Shown here piece by piece: positions 46,888-51,898 of a DNA stretch of 51,898 bases. This DNA comes from Candidatus Dojkabacteria bacterium (GTDB taxonomy: Bacteria > Patescibacteriota > Dojkabacteria > GCA-002793355). Numbering within the stretch: the stretch's first letter is position 1; each line of letters begins with the position of its first letter. The stretch spans positions 1 to 51,898 of the forward strand of contig WFTI01000005.1 in assembly GCA_015485585.1 (NCBI GenBank), written 5' to 3'. The position numbers and the translations under genes were made by a program. The notes under the pieces are model-generated. The model searched no databases. It was given only the letters and a program-made list of their open reading frames with translations, and was not told the DNA's origin.

Positions 46888-47457
46888 ATGGCAAAGACAC
46901 GCGAAGAGAAAGCTAAACTTATGGAGCTTTACAAACACATAATTGAGAATGCTGACTTTGTAATGGTTGAGTTAAAACCAAAGATTCCTGCTCAGATCAT
47001 AAATACAGTGAGGCTTTCTTTGCAAGAAGTAGGAGGTAAACTAGTGGTGTTAAAAAACAAGGTCTTCAAAAAAGTAGCCTCAGAATACGAGCAGTTTAAA
47101 GATCTAGAGTTAGAAAATGTACGAGCCCTAGTGGTTTCTGAAACAGATATTGTCTCTGCTGTAAAAGCCTTTGATAAGATTACGAGTCTTGCAAAACAGG
47201 AGCTGCTTTTGCGTGGAGAAGATGAAGAGTTCGTAAACAGATACAAAGCCTTTGAATATGTGATGGGGTATGTAGATAAACAAGTGCTTGATGCCGAATC
47301 TGCTAAGGCTTTGTCAACTCTGGCTTCAAAAGAAGAGTTGTTAGGTCAGCTTGTTGGAGGACTTGCTCAGATAATCCGTGGCTTTATGAATGTATTAAAT
47401 GGAAACACGTTAAAGTTTATCTATGTGCTTGAGAATCTAAAGGCTGCTAAATCTTAA
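46888..47457 (+). CDS. rplJ: 50S ribosomal protein L10
   Basis: KTREEK, VLKNKVF, LASKEELLGQLVG; lies upstream of rplL and follows an L10 leader. Confidence 0.9.
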   Translation: MAKTREEKAKLMELYKHIIENADFVMVELKPKIPAQIINTVRLSLQEVGGKLVVLKNKVFKKVASEYEQFKDLELENVRALVVSETDIVSAVKAFDKITSLAKQELLLRGEDEEFVNRYKAFEYVMGYVDKQVLDAESAKALSTLASKEELLGQLVGGLAQIIRGFMNVLNGNTLKFIYVLENLKAAKS

Positions 47458-47485
47458 ATTAAATAAAATAATCTGTATGTAAACT

Positions 47486-47884
47486 ATGGCAGAAGAGAAG
47501 AAGACCCTTCCAGAAAAACTGCAGAAGATTCTTGATGCAGTAAAAGAGCTTACTGTACTTGAGCTTGCCGAGCTTGTTAAGGCGATGGAAGAAGAGTTTG
47601 GCGTACAGGCTCAAGCTCCTGTTGCGGTAGCCGCTGCAGCTCCTGCCGCAGGCGGTGCTGAAGAAGAGGAGAAGTCAACATTTAATGTTGTACTTAAGGA
47701 GGTAGGTTCAAACAAGATCGCTGTAATCAAAGCAGTAAAAGACCTACTAGGTATAGGGCTTACCGATGCGAAGAATCTTGTTGAGTCTGCTCCTAAGGCT
47801 ATAAAAGAGGGAGTTAGTAAAGAAGAGGCAGAAGAGATTAAGAAGAAACTTGAAGAGGCTGGAGCAAAGGTAGAGTTAGAGTAG
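47486..47884 (+). CDS. rplL: 50S ribosomal protein L7/L12
   Basis: [19 protein letters not shown], Ala-rich hinge, [28 protein letters not shown]. Confidence 0.98.
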   Translation: MAEEKKTLPEKLQKILDAVKELTVLELAELVKAMEEEFGVQAQAPVAVAAAAPAAGGAEEEEKSTFNVVLKEVGSNKIAVIKAVKDLLGIGLTDAKNLVESAPKAIKEGVSKEEAEEIKKKLEEAGAKVELE

Positions 47885-47921
47885 GAGGTCTTTATTTAGA
47901 GGTATTTTTTGTTGTTTGATT

Positions 47922-47954
47922 GGGCTGGAAAGATTCGCAGAATCTTTCCAGCCC
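47922..47954. terminator. 15-bp perfect hairpin after rplL (terminator-like or operator)
   Basis: GGGCTGGAAAGATTC-GCA-GAATCTTTCCAGCCC. No U-tract follows. Confidence 0.5.
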
Positions 47955-47992
47955 CATTGGAAAGATTTCAAATTCCATGATACAATATCTAC

Positions 47993-49330
47993 ATGGTTCT
48001 TTCTAAACCTCTCCTTAAACAGGTTATAAACGAACAAAATCAAGCTATTAGAAAGAAAATAAAAAGATACGTAAACCGTGATCTTGAAAAAGCTCTCCTT
48101 AGAAGTGCTAAGAAAGACGATCTTGTTGTAGTATTAAGTGGCGTAAGACGTGCAGGAAAATCTACACTGTTTGGTTATTTAAAAGAAAAACATCTTAAGC
48201 CAAGCTACTATATCAATTTCGACGATGACCGATTAATTAATTTCTCTCCCAAAGATTATCAAACTCTTTTAGAGGTGTTTATTGAACTGTTTGGTAAGGC
48301 AAAATACGTTTTTTTAGATGAGATTCAGAACGTTCCTTACTGGGAACGTTTTGCAAACCGTCTCAAAGAGCAAGGATATAAGGTGTTTGTTACAGGTTCA
48401 AACTCCAAACTACTTTCAAAAGAGTTTGGTACCTACCTTACAGGAAGATACATTGAGTTTAAACTTTACCCCTTCTCTTTTAAAGAGTATCTGCGTTTTA
48501 GAGGAATAGATGTCAAAAGACTTACAACGCAACTATCTACCTCTATTGACACCGATCTTAAAGTGCTTTTATTAAAACACCTAAAGACATATATGAAGTT
48601 TGGAGGTTTTCCTGAGTTCTTAACCAGCCGTAACATAGAGTTTCTTAAGACCTTATATGAGAGCATTTTATACAAAGATATAATCGGCAGATACAGTATT
48701 AAAGCTGAGGGAGTTTTAAAACAGATAGCCCATGTCGCGGCAAGTAATGTAGCAAGACCCATAAGTTTTAGGGCATATAGGTCTCTAGGAATAAAGAGTA
48801 GTACTACGGTTGCCCAGTATTTCGATTATTTAACTAGCACTTATCTTTTTTTCTTGGTTCCCAAGTTCGCTTTTTCAGTGCGATCTCAGTTCCTTTCTAA
48901 AAAGAAATTGTATATGATAGATAACGCCTTAGCTCGCTATGTGGGATTTAGACCAACCCCAGATGAAGGCAGGTTTTTAGAAAATCTGGTTTTTCTGCAT
49001 CTTGTAAGAAGATCAAAATCAGCTGTATATTACTTTAGTAATACTCATAATGGGTCTAACGTAGGGGAATGTGATTTTGTGGTTCTTACTGAAACGCTTG
49101 AAGGTAAGCAGGTATCACTTCTTCAGGTAACCCTTGAACTTGATGATAATAAACAAAGAGAATTAAAGGGATTATTAGAAGCGTACAGATTCTTTAAAGA
49201 CGCCTACTATAGTATCAACTCATTGTATATAGTAACCCTGGACCAGTATGACGATATTACAGTCTCTTTTGAAGAGGAACGGTTAAATATAAAAGTGCTA
49301 CCGGCTTGGCATTTTTTGTTAACACTTTAG
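47993..49330 (+). CDS. AAA_14 / DUF4143 ATP-binding protein
   Basis: GVRRAGKST, YINFDD, FLDEIQ, TGSNS, LTGR, GGFPE, KKLYMIDN, LENLV, ECDFV. Confidence 0.9.
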   Translation: MVLSKPLLKQVINEQNQAIRKKIKRYVNRDLEKALLRSAKKDDLVVVLSGVRRAGKSTLFGYLKEKHLKPSYYINFDDDRLINFSPKDYQTLLEVFIELFGKAKYVFLDEIQNVPYWERFANRLKEQGYKVFVTGSNSKLLSKEFGTYLTGRYIEFKLYPFSFKEYLRFRGIDVKRLTTQLSTSIDTDLKVLLLKHLKTYMKFGGFPEFLTSRNIEFLKTLYESILYKDIIGRYSIKAEGVLKQIAHVAASNVARPISFRAYRSLGIKSSTTVAQYFDYLTSTYLFFLVPKFAFSVRSQFLSKKKLYMIDNALARYVGFRPTPDEGRFLENLVFLHLVRRSKSAVYYFSNTHNGSNVGECDFVVLTETLEGKQVSLLQVTLELDDNKQRELKGLLEAYRFFKDAYYSINSLYIVTLDQYDDITVSFEEERLNIKVLPAWHFLLTL

Positions 49331-49345
49331 CAGTATAATCTTTAT

Positions 49346-51238
49346 ATGTACCTTTCTGAACTCTCAGAATATTTTAAACAGCTTGAATCAATAAGCTCTA
49401 GGTTAACCCTACGCGATATCCTTATTGAGCTTATAGAGAAGTTAGATGAAAAAGAAGCTCAAGTGGTTTCATATTTTTTACAAGGACGTCTTGTCCCTCC
49501 GTTTATTAATCTTGAGTTTAATATAGCTGAGAAGATGATCAACAGATATATTACAGAGCGGTTTGATATTACCTCCTCTAAAGAGCTTGCAGACCTGCGT
49601 CTGAAATATAAAGATCTACCTGGCGTTTATGAGTTTTTGGCAACCCAAAAGAGACCTAACGCTTCTTTACAAAACATGACTATTCTTGACACATATAACG
49701 CCTTAACCGAGATAGCGTTGACCGAAGGGGCAGGTTCAATTACAAAGAAACTTTCACTTCTTGATTCGCTCCTTCGTAAGATCGACCCCACATCAGGAAA
49801 ATACATTTTACGTCTTATACAAGGAAGATTACGTCTAGGAGTAAGTGTACGTTCAATGCTTGATGCCTTAGCCTATAAAGAAAGCAGACAGAATGGTACT
49901 GACATAAAGGTTATTAAGGCGGTTTTTGATAAGGCATACGGACTTACCAGTGATATTGGATACATCACATCAGTGTATAAAGCGAAAGGTTTTGAAGCCA
50001 TAAAGCAGGTTAAATTTAGGGCAGGAATTCCTATAGCACCCCAGCTTGCTGAGCGTGAAAAGACATTAAAGAAGTGTTTAGAGCGTATTCCTTTTCCGTT
50101 AGTTGACCCTAAAATGGATGGATTAAGGGGGCAGATTCATATATTTGACAGGTATTATTTTGAACAACATACATTTGAAGATAGGGTTTGGGCAAAGATC
50201 TACACCCACTTACTCAACACAAGAGAAAACACGTTACTTTCATCTTCTACTCGCTTTTTTGTAAAGATCTTCTCACGTAATCTTGAAGATCTTACTCCTA
50301 TGTTTCCTGAGATTACCGAATGGGTTAATAAGTATGGAGAGATATTCTTCAGAAAAATAGAAAAAGACAAACCTTTGGTAGCAGTATTAGATTCAGAACT
50401 GATCGGGTATAACGAGAACACAGGAGAGTTCTTTGGTTTCCAGGTTACCATGACAAGGCGCAGAAAATACGGCATCAAAGAAGCAATGCAAGATGTTCCG
50501 ATCCGAGCTTTTGTGTTTGATATGATGGTGTATGGTGATGAGCTTATTGATCATCCTTTAAAAGAAAGGCGAAAGATCGCTGAAGAAGTGTTTGCTGATC
50601 TTCCTTCTGAATCTACAGTAATACTAAATACAGCCCATAAGTTCTATGAGAACAAAAAAGCTCATCAGAAGATTTTAGAAGAGGTTCAAGCCATCTTTTA
50701 TGATTACGTTTCAAGAGGAGTTGAAGGAATAATGATCAAAGATCCTGACGCACCTTATGAGCCCGGTGTAAGAAAGTTTAGTTGGATCAAGTTCAAAAGA
50801 GCCATGAAGAAAGAGTTGGCAGATACCTTAGATGTAGTGGTACTTGGTTATTACTATGGAAAAGGGCGTCTAGCCACTCTCGGAATTGGAGGTTTGCTCG
50901 CAGGGGTATATGATCAAGACAACGACACCTTTGTAACTATCGCGAAGATAGGAACAGGTTTCTCTGATAATGATTGGTTACAGATAAAAAAGATACTTGA
51001 TGATTTAGCTGTTGAGAAAAAGCCAGCAAGGGTAGAGGTAGCAAAAGAGCTTGTTCCTGATGTGTGGGTTTATCCGAAGCTTGTGATTGAGGTATCTGCT
51101 GATGAGATTACAAAAAGTCCAATACATACAGCGAAGGTTGCGTTGCGATTTCCTCGATTTGAGCGTATCCGTGAAGATAAAACTCCTGATGAAGCAACCA
51201 CTCTAAAAGAGGTATATGAGCTAGCAAACCTTACTTAG
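49346..51238 (+). CDS. lig: ATP-dependent DNA ligase (archaeal/eukaryotic LigI-like, with N-terminal DNA-binding domain)
   Basis: LRLGV, KMDGLR (adenylated Lys), FSRNL, LDSE, FDMM, EGIMIK, WIKFK, GTGFSD, ALRFPRF..IREDK. Confidence 0.94.
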   Translation: MYLSELSEYFKQLESISSRLTLRDILIELIEKLDEKEAQVVSYFLQGRLVPPFINLEFNIAEKMINRYITERFDITSSKELADLRLKYKDLPGVYEFLATQKRPNASLQNMTILDTYNALTEIALTEGAGSITKKLSLLDSLLRKIDPTSGKYILRLIQGRLRLGVSVRSMLDALAYKESRQNGTDIKVIKAVFDKAYGLTSDIGYITSVYKAKGFEAIKQVKFRAGIPIAPQLAEREKTLKKCLERIPFPLVDPKMDGLRGQIHIFDRYYFEQHTFEDRVWAKIYTHLLNTRENTLLSSSTRFFVKIFSRNLEDLTPMFPEITEWVNKYGEIFFRKIEKDKPLVAVLDSELIGYNENTGEFFGFQVTMTRRRKYGIKEAMQDVPIRAFVFDMMVYGDELIDHPLKERRKIAEEVFADLPSESTVILNTAHKFYENKKAHQKILEEVQAIFYDYVSRGVEGIMIKDPDAPYEPGVRKFSWIKFKRAMKKELADTLDVVVLGYYYGKGRLATLGIGGLLAGVYDQDNDTFVTIAKIGTGFSDNDWLQIKKILDDLAVEKKPARVEVAKELVPDVWVYPKLVIEVSADEITKSPIHTAKVALRFPRFERIREDKTPDEATTLKEVYELANLT

Positions 51239-51854
51239 AAAGCCATCTGTTAAGAATATCTTCTTTAAGCGTAGAGATCGTCTTGTCGGTATATTCTATA
51301 AGGTTTGTTTTTTCAATAAGATCCCACAAGATTATCCCTACTGAAACTGAAAGATTAAGGCTTTCAACAAATCCTCTCATAGGAATATATAGCTTATAGT
51401 CAGAGTTTTCTATCATCTTCTGGCTTAATCCCCTGTGTTCGTTTCCGAAAAGAATGACAAAAGGTTTTTTAATCTGTTGCCATCTGAAATGGTTAAGTTT
51501 TACTGCATCTTCATCAACCACAGTAGCTATGATGGTGAAATTATTTGATCTAAAGTAGTTTATAGCCTCTAGGGTAGAGGAGTGTTTGATAAAGGTAATC
51601 CATCTGTTTGCTGAGGCTGAGGTTTTTTTACCGATCTTTTTAGGATTAAACGGTTCTTGTTCCTCAAAGATAAGATGGACAAACTGGAATCCAAACGCAT
51701 CTATAGTCCGCGTGGCTGCCATCACATTATGCGGATCATATATATCTTCAAAACCTATATGAATATCGGTGATACGTTTTTTAAGGCGTGATAGGATCTT
51801 CTCTCGTCTTTTTTTCGTAAGTTTCTGGAGTTTTAATAAGATGTCAGCTGACAT
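51231..51854 (-). CDS. trmH: SpoU family tRNA/rRNA 2'-O-methyltransferase (TrmH-like)
   Basis: DPHNVMAATRT, FGNEHRGLS, IPMRGFVESLNLSVS. Confidence 0.88.
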   Translation of the reverse strand: MSADILLKLQKLTKKRREKILSRLKKRITDIHIGFEDIYDPHNVMAATRTIDAFGFQFVHLIFEEQEPFNPKKIGKKTSASANRWITFIKHSSTLEAINYFRSNNFTIIATVVDEDAVKLNHFRWQQIKKPFVILFGNEHRGLSQKMIENSDYKLYIPMRGFVESLNLSVSVGIILWDLIEKTNLIEYTDKTISTLKEDILNRWLSK

Positions 51855-51898
51855 TTTTAAAGGAAGATAACACAAAATCTCTATGAAAAGACCCGGCC

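Overview
Compact, low-GC bacterial chromosomal segment using genetic code 11, most likely from a thermophilic Patescibacteria/CPR organism (inferred from the stand-alone intron-bearing 23S rRNA with very GC-rich stems, the AMP phosphorylase plus ribose-1,5-bisphosphate isomerase pair, the VirD4-like ATPase, S74 surface proteins and the ATP-dependent ligase). It carries an unlinked 23S rRNA gene split by two group I introns (E. coli-equivalent sites L1923 and L2500), each encoding a LAGLIDADG homing endonuclease. It also carries tRNA-Ser(GGA), tRNA-Arg(TCT), housekeeping genes (clpC, radA, rho, cca, ileS, trxA, miaB, rtcB, rplJ-rplL, lig, trmH) and two giant modular tail-fibre-like surface proteins. 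The main unexplained signals are: (1) a -10 box 5-7 nt before the start codon of about 18 genes, suggesting window-wide leaderless transcription; (2) both intron endonucleases have such promoters inside the intron, with the start region folded into a hairpin that can form only in the pre-rRNA; (3) a family of GC-rich hairpins shared by both introns, a tRNA leader and a coding sequence; (4) substitutions at near-invariant functional positions of the 23S rRNA; (5) an unidentified structured RNA upstream of rho; (6) an in-frame stop inside a hairpin at the apparent start of a LysM/M23 gene. No searches were run. Family calls come from motif recognition, and E. coli numbering comes from alignment by eye to remembered sequence.
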